A DNA stretch of 33,637 nt, taken from Candidatus Hikarchaeia archaeon HikBin4 (GTDB lineage: Archaea > Halobacteriota > Halobacteria > Halobacteriales > Hikarchaeaceae). The DNA is taken from contig WTZT01000001.1 of the NCBI GenBank assembly GCA_009889685.1, positions 1-33,637 on the forward strand. Direction: 5' to 3'. The translations under genes and the position numbers were made by a program. The notes under the pieces were generated by a model. That model made no database searches, was not told where the DNA came from, and saw nothing but the letters and a program-made list of their open reading frames with translations. Numbering within the stretch: position 1 is the stretch's first letter; each line of letters starts with the position of its first letter. Of this stretch, positions 9,446 through 19,877 are shown one piece after another.

Positions 9446-11173
9446 ATGGATAGGAACGAAATCCTCTCTTGGACATCCGATTTCCCCGCAAAACCAGGTG
9501 TATATCTATTTTACTCTCAAGATTTTCCAATCTATATTGGAAAAGCAGTCAATCTCCGTTCTCGCATCCGTTCTTATACAGATCCTAGGTCTCCCCGAAT
9601 TCAACAAATGGTGCAAAAAGCAGATAGGATAGACATCTCTATAACCAACACTGAAACCCAAGCATTACTACTAGAAGCAAATCTCATCAAACGTCATGCA
9701 CCCAAATACAATGTCCGTTTACGAGATGACAAATCTTATCCACTCATCCAGATATCAAACCATTCTTTCCCCCGTATAGAAGTAACTCGGAATCCCGACA
9801 CAAAGGCAAAAGTATACGGTCCCTTCACCGACAGAAAAAAAGTGGATGAAACCGTCAAAGCAATACGAGAAACTTTCGGAATTAGAGGTTGTTCTGACCA
9901 CAAATTTTCAGGTCGATCTCGCCCATGTTTGGACTACGATCTTGGTTTGTGCACCGCCCCCTGTGTTGACTATATAACCCAAAATCAGTACATAGAGGAT
10001 GTTTCATCCGCGGAAGCATTCTTTCGTGGAGCAACCGGAAATTTACTTGAATCTCTATTAGAAAAAATGGGTTCCGCTGCGGATAATCAACAATATGAAC
10101 AAGCAGCCACCCTACGCGACCGCATAGATGCAGTCCGAGGACTTCACGGAGGTGGGGACGCCGTTCAAAAACACGGAGAATCAAAAACTACGGATGTTCT
10201 TGCTGTTTCTATAGAAGGTTCCCATTCTATCGTTTCTCGTTTTCACATTGAAAAAGGAATTCTACTCGACCGTGAACAACATCTACTCGACACCCCCGAC
10301 CATTCTACCCCCGAAACAGTTCTATCTGCTTTCATATCTCAATATTATGCCGATCGAATTTTGCCCAATAATTTGGTCTTATCTGATCGGCCCCACGATT
10401 CTAAAATTTATGTTTGGCTAGAATCAGAACATGTAGAAATATCAACTCCGACTACCGGAAGAGAAGCTGTATTAGTTGAAATGGCACTCAAAAATGCTCG
10501 TCAAAATTTTGTCTCTACTGATGCCACTCTCGCACTTCAAAATTCTCTTTCCATCCCAAAAACAACCCGAATAGAGGCTTTCGATATAAGTCATTCTTCT
10601 GGAGAAGATGTAGTTGGAAGCAATGTGGTCTTCGTAGATGGTTATCCCGAAAAATCTTCTTACAGACGATTGAAACTCAAAGAGACCAACGATGATTATT
10701 CTAATATGTACGATCTCCTAACTTGGAGGGCTAACCGTTCCATCTCTGGAACCGATTCACGCCCCGATCCCCATTTAATCATAGTGGATGGTGGTTCAGG
10801 TCAACTAAACGCAGCTTTAAACGCCATTTCTGATTCCAAATGGAATGTACCTGTTATTGCACTCAAAAAACCAAATGATATTATCGTAACCCCCACTGGG
10901 AACCAAACTTGGCCGCCAAATGCCTCCCATCTGCACCTAATCCAACGCATTCGCGATGAAGCACATAGATTTGCTCTCACATACCACCGCCACTTACGCG
11001 ACGACGTAACAACAACATTAGATTCTGTATCTGGAATCGGACCAGAACTCAGAAAAAGACTTTTCCAAAATTTTGGATCCATTGATGGAATACGCCGCGC
11101 CTCTATCACCGAACTCTGTGGTATACAAGGTATTGGAAAACAAACAGCAACTAAACTCAAAAACCAACTTTAA
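9446..11173 (+). CDS. uvrC: Excinuclease ABC subunit C
   Basis: GIY-YIG motif (PGVYLFY...IYIGKAVNLRSR), UvrBC-interaction segment (YEQAATLRDRI), C-terminal (HhH)2 (GIGPELRKRL...GIGKQTATKL). I prefer the ATG at 9446 (MDRNEIL...); the ATG at 9371 is also open. Confidence 0.92.
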   Translation: MDRNEILSWTSDFPAKPGVYLFYSQDFPIYIGKAVNLRSRIRSYTDPRSPRIQQMVQKADRIDISITNTETQALLLEANLIKRHAPKYNVRLRDDKSYPLIQISNHSFPRIEVTRNPDTKAKVYGPFTDRKKVDETVKAIRETFGIRGCSDHKFSGRSRPCLDYDLGLCTAPCVDYITQNQYIEDVSSAEAFFRGATGNLLESLLEKMGSAADNQQYEQAATLRDRIDAVRGLHGGGDAVQKHGESKTTDVLAVSIEGSHSIVSRFHIEKGILLDREQHLLDTPDHSTPETVLSAFISQYYADRILPNNLVLSDRPHDSKIYVWLESEHVEISTPTTGREAVLVEMALKNARQNFVSTDATLALQNSLSIPKTTRIEAFDISHSSGEDVVGSNVVFVDGYPEKSSYRRLKLKETNDDYSNMYDLLTWRANRSISGTDSRPDPHLIIVDGGSGQLNAALNAISDSKWNVPVIALKKPNDIIVTPTGNQTWPPNASHLHLIQRIRDEAHRFALTYHRHLRDDVTTTLDSVSGIGPELRKRLFQNFGSIDGIRRASITELCGIQGIGKQTATKLKNQL

Positions 11174-11179
11174 CCACCT

Positions 11180-13186
11180 TTATTCTTCAGGGACGATCCA
11201 ATTATCTTCATTTTTAAATTTTTTCTGCAATTCTCCAATTCTATCTCTAATATCCGCCGCAAGTTCAAACTCAAGATTTTCAGCAGCTTCTCTCATTTTT
11301 TCACTTAGAATTTCACATATCTCCAAAGCATCGTCACGATTCTCTGGTTCCACCCTTCCAATACCACCTGTGTTTGTTCGCCCCCCTGGCAATCCAGAAT
11401 CTCCAACTGGCTTTTCAATTGATCTAGGAACATGCCCATGTTCTTTGTTAAACATTTCTTGTCTAACCCGTCTCCGTTCAGTTTCAACCATTGCTGCTTC
11501 CATCGACCGAGTAATTCTATCTGCATACAAAACAACTTCTCCGTTTATATTCCGGGCCGCACGCCCGATTATTTGAATCAGAGCCCGTGTAGACCGTAGA
11601 AACCCTTCTTGATCTGCATCAAGCACCGCCACCAATGAAACCTCTGGAAGGTCGAGCCCCTCCCTTAAAAGATTAATCCCAACTAATATATCAAATTCCC
11701 CCAACCGTAAACCCCGAATCAATTCATACCTCTCTAATGTCTTTGTCTCACTGTGCATATACTCTGCATCAAAACCAGCTCCTACCAAATATTCTGTCAA
11801 ATCTTCGGCCATTCGTTTCGTCAAAGTCGTCACCAAAACCCTTTCACCAAATTCGATTTTCAAACGAATTCTCTCCATTAAATCATCTATTTGATTTTTA
11901 GCAGGCATGACTATTACTTTTGGATCAATCAGGTAAGTCGGCCTTACTATTTGCTCTACAACCTGATCTGAAACTTCTAATTCATAATCTCCCGGAGTGG
12001 CAGACAAATAGAGAGTTCGAGCATCTATTCTCTCAAATTCTTCAAACATAAGAGGGCGGTTATCATAAGCCGTTGGCAACCGAAATCCATTTTCTACTAG
12101 CGCCCCCTTCCGCGATTTATCCGCTGCAAATTGCCCTCGAATTTGAGGTAACATTTGATGCGATTCATCCACAACAATCAAGAATTCTTCCGGAAAATAA
12201 TCAATTAAAGTACATGGCGAATCTCCTGAAACCCGATTAGAAAGATGGATCGAATAATTTTCTATCCCCGGAACGTGCCCTGTTTCTCTCAGCATTTCAA
12301 CATCGAATTTAGTTCTATCTTCTATTCTCTGTGCAGCAACCAAATCTCCCCTCCGTTCAAAATATTTTATCTGTTCCTCCATAAGGAATTCAATTTCTAA
12401 AATAGCATTGTCCAATCTTCCCATTGGAATAGAATAGTGCACAGCAGGGTGAATCAAAACCACAGGATCTTCTCCTTTTAATTTTCCCTCCAATGGATCA
12501 AACCTAGTTATTCTATCGATCTGGTCACCCCAAAATTCAATTCTTATTGAATACCTTCCATAAATAGGATATATCTCGACCGTATCTCCTCGGACTCTAA
12601 ATTTACCATGTGAGAAATCAATATCATTCCGGCGATAATTTAAATTGACTAGATCTCGAACCACTTCATCTCTATCAATCATCTGACCTTTTGATAATCT
12701 AATCGCCATATCTTCATAATCTGCAGGATCCCCCAGACCATATATGGCAGAAACGGAAGCTACTACAATAACGTCTTTCCTGGTCAAAAGAGAATGCGTC
12801 GCAGAATGACGGAGGCGTTCTATTTGCTCATTTATCGACGCGTCTTTTGCAATGTATGTCCCCGTTTGTTCTATGTATGCTTCTGGCTGATAATAGTCAT
12901 AATGGGAAACAAAATATTCCACCGCATTATTTGGAAACAATTTTCTAAATTCTTCATATAGTTGTGCAGCAAGTGTTTTGTTATGGGTAATAACTAGTGT
13001 TGGAATTCCCAATCTTTCAATTACCCATGAAACTGTATTTGTTTTCCCCGATCCTGTGACTCCTAGTAGTGTCTGACGTTTTACCCCTGCTTTGAAACCC
13101 GATACAATCTTCTCAATAGCATCCGGCTGATCTCCTGCTGGATCAAAACCAGCTTCTACACGAAATTCATTCCCATCCAACCCCAT
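11180..13186 (-). CDS. uvrB: Excinuclease ABC subunit B
   Basis: GVTGSGKT Walker A, VVDESHQ box, GRAARN, and a C-terminal UVR domain ([17 protein letters not shown]). It converges on uvrC with a 6-nt gap. Confidence 0.95.
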   Translation of the reverse strand: MGLDGNEFRVEAGFDPAGDQPDAIEKIVSGFKAGVKRQTLLGVTGSGKTNTVSWVIERLGIPTLVITHNKTLAAQLYEEFRKLFPNNAVEYFVSHYDYYQPEAYIEQTGTYIAKDASINEQIERLRHSATHSLLTRKDVIVVASVSAIYGLGDPADYEDMAIRLSKGQMIDRDEVVRDLVNLNYRRNDIDFSHGKFRVRGDTVEIYPIYGRYSIRIEFWGDQIDRITRFDPLEGKLKGEDPVVLIHPAVHYSIPMGRLDNAILEIEFLMEEQIKYFERRGDLVAAQRIEDRTKFDVEMLRETGHVPGIENYSIHLSNRVSGDSPCTLIDYFPEEFLIVVDESHQMLPQIRGQFAADKSRKGALVENGFRLPTAYDNRPLMFEEFERIDARTLYLSATPGDYELEVSDQVVEQIVRPTYLIDPKVIVMPAKNQIDDLMERIRLKIEFGERVLVTTLTKRMAEDLTEYLVGAGFDAEYMHSETKTLERYELIRGLRLGEFDILVGINLLREGLDLPEVSLVAVLDADQEGFLRSTRALIQIIGRAARNINGEVVLYADRITRSMEAAMVETERRRVRQEMFNKEHGHVPRSIEKPVGDSGLPGGRTNTGGIGRVEPENRDDALEICEILSEKMREAAENLEFELAADIRDRIGELQKKFKNEDNWIVPEE

Positions 13187-13249
13187 TATCTCTTGCTAAC
13201 AACCGTAACTATTTCAGACAAACGTTCTTTTACTTAATCAGTCATTTCC

Positions 13250-13477
13250 TCAAACCCATTCCTGTAGTATGATGGAATCAAACATAGAAGCACATATCCA
13301 AGCTCCGTCTTCTGTAATATCTGCTATTATGAAATTTGGAGTTTCTCCATCTGTATCAATAGAAGCCATAACCTCGTGACCATCTCCACTTCTTGGTACT
13401 TCTGTCAAGTCACTTGCCATATCGTGCGAATTGCTGTCATTTAACATAAACCCGTCGAAATCCTTTTCATCACCCAC
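13250..13477 (-). CDS. Small, strongly acidic hypothetical protein (75 aa from the GTG, or 65 aa from the ATG at 13447)
   Basis: It is the only ORF in this gap. It is D/E-rich and its C-terminal ...DGAWICASMFDSIILQEWV resembles small acidic haloarchaeal proteins. I can make no family assignment. Confidence 0.5.
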   Translation of the reverse strand: MGDEKDFDGFMLNDSNSHDMASDLTEVPRSGDGHEVMASIDTDGETPNFIIADITEDGAWICASMFDSIILQEWV

Positions 13478-13510
13478 CTTTCACAAGCTAAAAGATAGTA
13501 ATTAAAATCC

Positions 13511-15244
13511 ATGACTAACGTAGATGATCTAAATGAACTAGCCAAACGCAGGGGTTTCTTTTTCCCCGCAAACGATTCTTACGGCGGACTAGCAGGATTC
13601 TATGTGTATGGCCCTGCAGGGGCTGCATTAAAAAACAACATAGAAAATTCATGGAGGGCAAAATTTGTAATCGGCGAAGGCCATTTCGAAATTTCAACTC
13701 CCACCATTTCTCCCTCTCCTGTATTCAAAGCGTCAGGCCATCTAGATGAATTCGATGATCTTCTAATAACCTGTTCAACATGCGAAACTTCCCATCGAGC
13801 CGATCATTTGCTCAAAAGTCAACACACACTTTCTCAATCCTCAGACGTTTCTATCCAAGAATTCAAAAAATTCCTTTCTATGTATTCTCTTACTTGTCCC
13901 TCCTGCAAAAATACATTAGACGATTCAACTTTACGGGAATTCAATCTAATGTTCGCCACGAAAGTTGGTCCAGGTTCTCAAACCCCCGGATATCTCCGCC
14001 CCGAGACCGCACAAGGAATCTTTGTTGAATTTCCAAGATTATCTTCTTATGCACGTGGAAAATTACCGTTTGGTGTCGCCCAAATAGGAACTTCTTACCG
14101 GAATGAAATTAGTCCTAGGAAGGGTCTCACACGATTAAGAGAATTCACACAAGCAGAATTAGAACTATTCATTCACCCTACAGATCTTGGCCCAACAATT
14201 GCCCCAACAACCACTAAACTCCCTCTCTATTCTATTTCTCAACAAGAATCAAATGGGACTCTAGAATCCGTAACAGCTAGGGAAGCATTAGATCAAAATA
14301 TAATTTCGAATCGATGGATAGCATATTATTTAGAACTATCTATTGACTGGTATAATTCCATTGGCATCGACCTCAACCGTTTCAGATACCGTCAGCACAT
14401 GCCTAATGAATTAGCACACTATGCCTCAGATTGTTGGGACGCCGAAGTAGAAATCGGTGGGGATTGGATCGAAATAACTGGCTTCGCCCATCGTGGAAAT
14501 TATGATCTTTCTAAACACAACACCCATTCTTCGGATGACTTTACAATGTTTATTCCCCTCGACGAACCCCAGAAAAAAATACAAACTAACCTAAACCCTG
14601 ATATGGAATATTTCGGACCAACTTTCGGAAAATTAGCCCCCGAAATCCTATCTAGAATAGATGAAATGGCAATGTCCAATTCCAACATTTTTGATCCCCC
14701 CGAAATAAATGTAGATATAAACGGAACTATACACTCAGTTCTCTCAAAACATCTTCATCCTACCACTGGGGAAACCATCATAAATGGCGAACACATACTA
14801 CCTCATGTGATTGAACCTTCCTTTGGCATCGATAGAATTATTTACTCCATACTCGCCCATGCCTTCCATGAAGATACCATCGACGGTGAAACACGATTTC
14901 TACTTTCTCTTCCTCCTTCTATTGCTCCCACATTTGTAGGTATATTCCCTCTACTAACTCGGGATAACCTAGACGTGATTGCACAAGATATGGCTTCAAA
15001 TCTCCGCACAAGTGGTTTTTCTGTTACTCATGACGAATCTGGTAGTATTGGGAAACGTTATCGCCGCCAAGATGAAGTCGGAACTCCTTTTTGCGTTACT
15101 ATTGATCATCAATACTTTGAGGACCACACAGTGACCCTCCGAGAACGAAATTCAGCAACCCAAATAAGGATAGAAGCCAACTCTATTCCTACTATATTGG
15201 AAAGCCTTCGGAATGGATCATCCACCTTTTCTGATCTTGTATAG
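13511..15244 (+). CDS. glyS: Glycine--tRNA ligase, archaeal/eukaryotic-type class II
   Basis: N-terminal KRRGFFFPANDSYGGLAGFYVYGPAG, YLRPETAQGIF (motif 2), EPSFGIDR (motif 3), and a C-terminal anticodon-binding domain (GKRYRRQDEVGTPFCVTID). Confidence 0.93.
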   Translation: MTNVDDLNELAKRRGFFFPANDSYGGLAGFYVYGPAGAALKNNIENSWRAKFVIGEGHFEISTPTISPSPVFKASGHLDEFDDLLITCSTCETSHRADHLLKSQHTLSQSSDVSIQEFKKFLSMYSLTCPSCKNTLDDSTLREFNLMFATKVGPGSQTPGYLRPETAQGIFVEFPRLSSYARGKLPFGVAQIGTSYRNEISPRKGLTRLREFTQAELELFIHPTDLGPTIAPTTTKLPLYSISQQESNGTLESVTAREALDQNIISNRWIAYYLELSIDWYNSIGIDLNRFRYRQHMPNELAHYASDCWDAEVEIGGDWIEITGFAHRGNYDLSKHNTHSSDDFTMFIPLDEPQKKIQTNLNPDMEYFGPTFGKLAPEILSRIDEMAMSNSNIFDPPEINVDINGTIHSVLSKHLHPTTGETIINGEHILPHVIEPSFGIDRIIYSILAHAFHEDTIDGETRFLLSLPPSIAPTFVGIFPLLTRDNLDVIAQDMASNLRTSGFSVTHDESGSIGKRYRRQDEVGTPFCVTIDHQYFEDHTVTLRERNSATQIRIEANSIPTILESLRNGSSTFSDLV

Positions 15245-15297
15245 TCCTAGACGAATACCTTAACACCATAGGTTTCGAATTTACAGATTGAATCGGG

Positions 15298-17574
15298 ATG
15301 CCAGAAGAAAATTCAGTTAATGTTCAGCACCCACTCATACGTCCTGGAACCCTTGAGTCGCGATCATATCAATTAAAACTAGCCGAAAAATCACTTTCTG
15401 AAAACACTCTAGTTTGCTTACCAACAGGCCTCGGAAAAACTGCAATTAGTCTATTAGTAACTGTCCACCGACTGAATCAGTTTGGAGGCAAATCTCTGCT
15501 TCTTGCTCCCACCAAACCACTCGTACATCAACACGCAACCGATTACCGAAACTGGTTAAACCTATCTGCATCCGATATTGTATCTTTCACCGGAGAAATT
15601 CCTCCAAAACAACGTAGTGAACTGTGGGATAGCGCCACCATCATCATATCAACACCTCAGGTTATCCAAAATGATCTAATTGGCGGGAGAATTTCACTCA
15701 AAGATGTAGTTCATTGCACTTTTGACGAATGCCATAGGGCAACTGGAAACTATGCATACACTTACATCTCCGAACGATACGTTACTGATGCATCAAACCC
15801 TCTTTCAACTGGCTTATCTGCATCTCCTGGAAATGATATTGAATCTATTCTTGCAGTTTGCAACAATCTCTCTCTTTCCCAAACTGAAATACTCACAGAA
15901 GAGGATGCAGAAGTTGCTCCTTTTGCTGGAAAAACTAACATCGAATGGGTCCGGGTAAATCTATCCCCTGAGGCAATAGAAATTAGAAATTTACTCCGAA
16001 ACCTAATGAAAAAACGCCTCTCCCGACTGAAATCTATCGGAATTTCTATCCCTTCCTCTAGCAGTCTATCCGAGCGCGATCTTCAACAACTTAGATCTCA
16101 GATTCAATCTAAAATCGATGCAGGAAATGGGGATGGTTATGAAGCCCTTTCCCTACACGCAGAACTAAGAAAGATAAAAGTTGGCATCAATTACGTAGAA
16201 ACCCAAAGTGTAGATGCATTAAATCAATACCTTGAACGTCAAAAGAATGCATCCCGAACCTCTGGAGCTTCAAAAGCAGCTCAGAGATTTATATCCGATC
16301 CATTAACTCAGCAAGCAAAACATCTTGCAAAAAAACATCAAGGACTCCCCCCGAAATTTGAAACCGTTCGTGTTCTAATTGCGGAGGAACTTGGGATCGC
16401 TGGCGGTGTACGAGTCATTGTTTTCACCGAATCACGAGATACTGCAGATTCTCTCACTGAATTTTTATCTCCCAATTTTACAACAGAACGATTTGTTGGA
16501 CAAACCACTAGGTATGGGTCCTCTGGAATGACTCAAAAACAGCAACATGAAACAATCTCCAAATTTAAAAATGGGGATTTCAACGTTTTAGTTTCAACTT
16601 CTGTCGCCGAAGAAGGTCTAGATATTCCCGACGTAGATCTAGTTATTTTCTTTGAACCTGTCCCAACAGCTATTCGGAACATACAACGTAGAGGAAGAAC
16701 TGGGCGGGGGACTCAAGGAAAGGTAGTTGTTATCATCGCGAATGACACTCGTGATGAAACCTACTTCTGGATCTCTCGAAAAAGAGAGCAACAAATGCAC
16801 AACGAACTGAGATCTTTAAGATCTTCTATTGCAAAATTAAACATTAAATTGCCCCCTACAAATCCTCCCCTCCCTGCGCAACCCACACTCACGGATTTTA
16901 CCACTGTTGACTCCCCGCCCAAAATTGAAATCATCATCGACCAAAGGGAGCTAAATTCTTCAATAACCAAGCAATTATCTTCCAAAGAAAATATACAGAT
17001 CAAACTAGAAACACTCGCTGTGGGGGATTATATTCTATCTGACCGCGTCGCAGTCGAGCGAAAAACGATAGATGATTTCTTAGATACACTTGTTGGAAGC
17101 GACCGATCTTTATTTGATCAAGTGAAAAACTTATCTCAAAATTATTCCCGTCCACTTGTTATTATAGAAGGAGAGGGATCTCTATACTCTAGGCGAAATA
17201 TACACCCCAACGCGATCAGAGGGGCCATGGCATCACTCGCAATAAATTTTGGTGCTAGTGTATTGAGAACCTCTGATGAAAACGACACAGCACAGATGCT
17301 TGAGATAATCGCACGCAGAGAACAAATTTCTACAGGGAGATCTATACAAGTTCATGGATCAAAATCACAAAAAACTCTCCCCGAACAACAAGAATATGTA
17401 GTTTCTTCAATTGCAGAAATAGGCCCCATAACCGCTCAACTCTTGTTAGAACACTTTGGTACTGTCGAAGCTATCATGTCAGCTAGCGAAGACCAACTCC
17501 AACAAGTAAAAGGGGTTGGAAAAATAACGGCAGAGCGTATTAAGAAAATCACTTCCTCACCCTACCCCTCGTGA
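15298..17574 (+). CDS. hef: Hef: fused SF2 helicase and XPF/ERCC4 nuclease with a C-terminal (HhH)2
   Basis: LPTGLGKT, DECH, VSTSVAEEGLDIP, QRRGRTGR, then a Pro-rich linker. The ERCC4 core follows (GDYILSDRVAVERKTIDDF), with a final HhH (GVGKITAERI). Confidence 0.9.
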   Translation: MPEENSVNVQHPLIRPGTLESRSYQLKLAEKSLSENTLVCLPTGLGKTAISLLVTVHRLNQFGGKSLLLAPTKPLVHQHATDYRNWLNLSASDIVSFTGEIPPKQRSELWDSATIIISTPQVIQNDLIGGRISLKDVVHCTFDECHRATGNYAYTYISERYVTDASNPLSTGLSASPGNDIESILAVCNNLSLSQTEILTEEDAEVAPFAGKTNIEWVRVNLSPEAIEIRNLLRNLMKKRLSRLKSIGISIPSSSSLSERDLQQLRSQIQSKIDAGNGDGYEALSLHAELRKIKVGINYVETQSVDALNQYLERQKNASRTSGASKAAQRFISDPLTQQAKHLAKKHQGLPPKFETVRVLIAEELGIAGGVRVIVFTESRDTADSLTEFLSPNFTTERFVGQTTRYGSSGMTQKQQHETISKFKNGDFNVLVSTSVAEEGLDIPDVDLVIFFEPVPTAIRNIQRRGRTGRGTQGKVVVIIANDTRDETYFWISRKREQQMHNELRSLRSSIAKLNIKLPPTNPPLPAQPTLTDFTTVDSPPKIEIIIDQRELNSSITKQLSSKENIQIKLETLAVGDYILSDRVAVERKTIDDFLDTLVGSDRSLFDQVKNLSQNYSRPLVIIEGEGSLYSRRNIHPNAIRGAMASLAINFGASVLRTSDENDTAQMLEIIARREQISTGRSIQVHGSKSQKTLPEQQEYVVSSIAEIGPITAQLLLEHFGTVEAIMSASEDQLQQVKGVGKITAERIKKITSSPYPS

Positions 17575-17583
17575 CGCATTCGC

Positions 17584-17592
17584 TATTTAAAA
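17584..17592 (+). promoter_or_regulatory. TATA element upstream of the micro-ORF and membrane-protein gene
   Basis: TATTTAAAA is centred about 27 nt upstream of the ATG at 17616. Confidence 0.4.
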
Positions 17593-17647
17593 GAGCTTTA
17601 TTGAGAGCCGCCGCCATGTCTATGTCCAATCAAACCCACTACATTTC

Positions 17648-18028
17648 ATGGTAACTGTAATAGCCATGCAAATAGTAGGCATAGTCTGCGTCGTTCTTGG
17701 AATAGTAATGAATCTCGATCCAGTCAGGTTCAACGAGAGTATATTTGGCAAAGTTGACAAAAAAGCCGTTAATCAACTTGCCGCCCTGAGACTTCCTCTT
17801 GGAGGCTGTATCATGGCCGTTGGTATCATCCATCTCTACTGTAGTGTGACGGTAACCAGCGTCGACGCGATGAAAGCCATCCTCCTCGCCACAGCAATTG
17901 GATTAATCGTTTTGGGAGCCACCGTCATTTCCGGAAAAACTCGCGGTTTCAGTGATCAAATCCCACGGATGCCAATTGCTATATTAAGCGTTCTAATAGC
18001 TATTTGTCTCTACGCCTCGCTATTCTGA
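17648..18028 (+). CDS. Small integral membrane protein, about 4 predicted TM helices
   Basis: It has four hydrophobic stretches of 19-24 residues. The overlapping 64-aa antisense ORF has no such structure. Local G+C looks higher than in the neighbouring genes. Confidence 0.55.
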   Translation: MVTVIAMQIVGIVCVVLGIVMNLDPVRFNESIFGKVDKKAVNQLAALRLPLGGCIMAVGIIHLYCSVTVTSVDAMKAILLATAIGLIVLGATVISGKTRGFSDQIPRMPIAILSVLIAICLYASLF

Positions 18029-18060
18029 CTAGGCTAGACAAACTCACGAAACAAATACTG

Positions 18061-18486
18061 CTATTTTCCAACTTCATCCATCATCCGAAGAACTTCAGTA
18101 GCTTCTTTCATCGCACTTAGATATTCTTTCATTTTCTGTATATCTTCTTCCTGTTCCACCTTTTCAGTGAGATCTTCTATTTTATTCATTATTACAGTTC
18201 GTGCCCCTGTTAGCTGTCCCCCCGTCCTTTTCCGTTCACTTTGGTCCTTTTGACTGTCTACTTCTTTCTCGGTTGTGCCTTGTTTTCCTTTTTTGCAAAT
18301 TGGGCAAAACTCTTCCCCCTCTTGACGGAAAATAGGATTTCCACACGTTTTACAGTGTTTTCTAGTCATAGTCGCTCCCTGTAATAATAGGGAACTCATC
18401 ACCTGGGCGGATTCTCTACTTTTAGCTTCTTTTTCAAACTGTAAACGAAGTTTTTCTCTTTCTGCATCTTTATCAATTTCTGCCAT
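18061..18486 (-). CDS. Zinc-ribbon protein of the autoantigen-p27 / UPF0148 type
   Basis: LLLQGATMTRKHCKTCGNPIF...FCPICK is a CxxC...CxxC ribbon. It is flanked by charged coiled-coil-like segments. Confidence 0.7.
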   Translation of the reverse strand: MAEIDKDAEREKLRLQFEKEAKSRESAQVMSSLLLQGATMTRKHCKTCGNPIFRQEGEEFCPICKKGKQGTTEKEVDSQKDQSERKRTGGQLTGARTVIMNKIEDLTEKVEQEEDIQKMKEYLSAMKEATEVLRMMDEVGK

Positions 18487-18560
18487 TGATATCTCTAAAA
18501 ATCCATCGGGGGAAAAATCCTCCGAAGAACCAATTATTTCTCCGTTCCTTTTCGAAGCAT

Positions 18561-18568
18561 TTTAAATA
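18561..18568 (+). promoter_or_regulatory. TATA element for a leaderless mdh transcript
   Basis: TTTAAATA is centred about 26 nt upstream of the ATG at 18591, with a purine-rich BRE-like CGAAGCA just upstream. Confidence 0.5.
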
Positions 18569-18590
18569 CCCGCCCGAGTTGTTTCTGGTA

Positions 18591-19508
18591 ATGTCAAAAA
18601 TTTCTATCATTGGTGCAGCAGGAACGGTGGGTTCCTCATTTGGATATCACTTAGCAATCCAATCTATAGTCGATGAGATAGTATACATCGATATTCCTTC
18701 AAAACATTCTTTCACAGTCGGACAAGTAGAAGATACAAATCATGCCTTAGCATATCATTCTGACACTGATGTCTCTTGCGGAGAATATGCCGACACGGAA
18801 AACTCCGATATCATCGTTATCACTGCAGGAAAACCAAGACAACCTGGACAAAATAGAATTGATCTAGCCACTGATAACACGGCCATTTTAGATTCTATTC
18901 TTGATTCTCTTTTAGAATACAACGACGATTTCATATCAATTATCACAACCAATCCCGTGGATCTACTAAACCGATACGTATTTGAATCGGGCAATCGCCC
19001 CCGCAAAAGTGTGCTTGGGTTTGGTGGTATTCTTGATTCTGCACGATTTCGTTACACACTTTCTAAAACTCTTTCTCTCCCTGTAACTGATATTGACGCA
19101 ACAATTTTAGGTGAACATGGCGATTCCCAAGTGCCTATTTTTTCCCAAATTAAGCTCCCTGAAGACACTACGATCTCATTTTCAATCGAAGAACAGGAAT
19201 CTATTCTTTCTAGTCTAAAAGAATCTGCCATGCGTGTAATTGAACAGAAAAAAGCTACTCAATGGGGACCATCTGCCGGATTATATCACATGGTGGCCGC
19301 CATCATAGAAAACAAAAATCAAGTTTTACCCTGTTCTGTAGTCCTCGACGGTGAATATGGTTTATCTGATGTTAGTCTTGGTGTTCCCGCCCATCTTGAT
19401 TCTGCTGGAATGAAAGAAATCCTTGAGTGGAACCTCTCCAATTCTGAGGAAGATGCCCTCAAAAAATCAGCAGAAAAATTAGATTCTGAGTACGCCCTTC
19501 TAAAATAG
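18591..19508 (+). CDS. mdh: Malate dehydrogenase, LDH-like haloarchaeal type
   Basis: MSKISIIGAAGTVGS, ITAGKPRQPGQNRIDL, TNPVDLL, LGEHGDSQVP. The upstream part of the track ORF (18486-18590) is promoter sequence. Confidence 0.93.
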   Translation: MSKISIIGAAGTVGSSFGYHLAIQSIVDEIVYIDIPSKHSFTVGQVEDTNHALAYHSDTDVSCGEYADTENSDIIVITAGKPRQPGQNRIDLATDNTAILDSILDSLLEYNDDFISIITTNPVDLLNRYVFESGNRPRKSVLGFGGILDSARFRYTLSKTLSLPVTDIDATILGEHGDSQVPIFSQIKLPEDTTISFSIEEQESILSSLKESAMRVIEQKKATQWGPSAGLYHMVAAIIENKNQVLPCSVVLDGEYGLSDVSLGVPAHLDSAGMKEILEWNLSNSEEDALKKSAEKLDSEYALLK

Positions 19509-19522
19509 TTTACCCAAACACT

Positions 19523-19765
19523 TCACACAATCCGATTTCCTTCATCATCATATAATTTTATAGCATCGACCGGACAGACCCGGGCGGCCATTTCCGCCTC
19601 AAACTCTTCTCCTTTTGGAACTTCTATTGTGAATATATTTTCCCTTTCTTCTATTGAATTTCTCAAGTCCGCTTTCCCATGTTTAAGATTTTTCTGAAAT
19701 ACTTCCCACTCGTGAACACATTGAAACATTCCCGTGCAAGTATACCGATCAAATTCTATTTTCAT
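19523..19765 (-). CDS. Small single-cluster ferredoxin, 3-Cys pattern suggesting [3Fe-4S]
   Basis: CTGMFQC (Cx5C) plus a distal CPVDAI motif. 80 aa. Confidence 0.7.
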   Translation of the reverse strand: MKIEFDRYTCTGMFQCVHEWEVFQKNLKHGKADLRNSIEERENIFTIEVPKGEEFEAEMAARVCPVDAIKLYDDEGNRIV

Positions 19766-19877
19766 ATCTACTCTTTAGTCTTAGCTTGTCTTATGTATGC
19801 CGAGATTTCACAACCAATATCTGAAGATTTTATCCACCATACTCATTACTCTCGCTAACTTCTTATTAACAACATAC

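Noticed and set aside
18486-18590. A 35-codon upstream extension of the mdh ORF that overlaps the start of the p27-like gene.
   Set aside because: It contains a well-placed TATA box (18561-18568). The conserved Mdh N-terminus (MSKISIIGAAGTVG) starts at 18591.
19797-19877. An N-terminal 27-aa hydrophobic extension of Hel308 from the ATG at 19797 (MPRFHNQYLKILSTILITLANFLLTTY), which could be read as a membrane anchor on a helicase.
   Set aside because: Hel308 proteins normally begin about 20-30 residues before the YPPQ motif, which fits the GTG at 19878. Starting at 19797 would leave only 31 bp for two divergent promoters. The extension is most likely untranslated leader or promoter sequence. 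A weak TATA-like ATATCTA about 27 nt before 19797 means this is not fully excluded.
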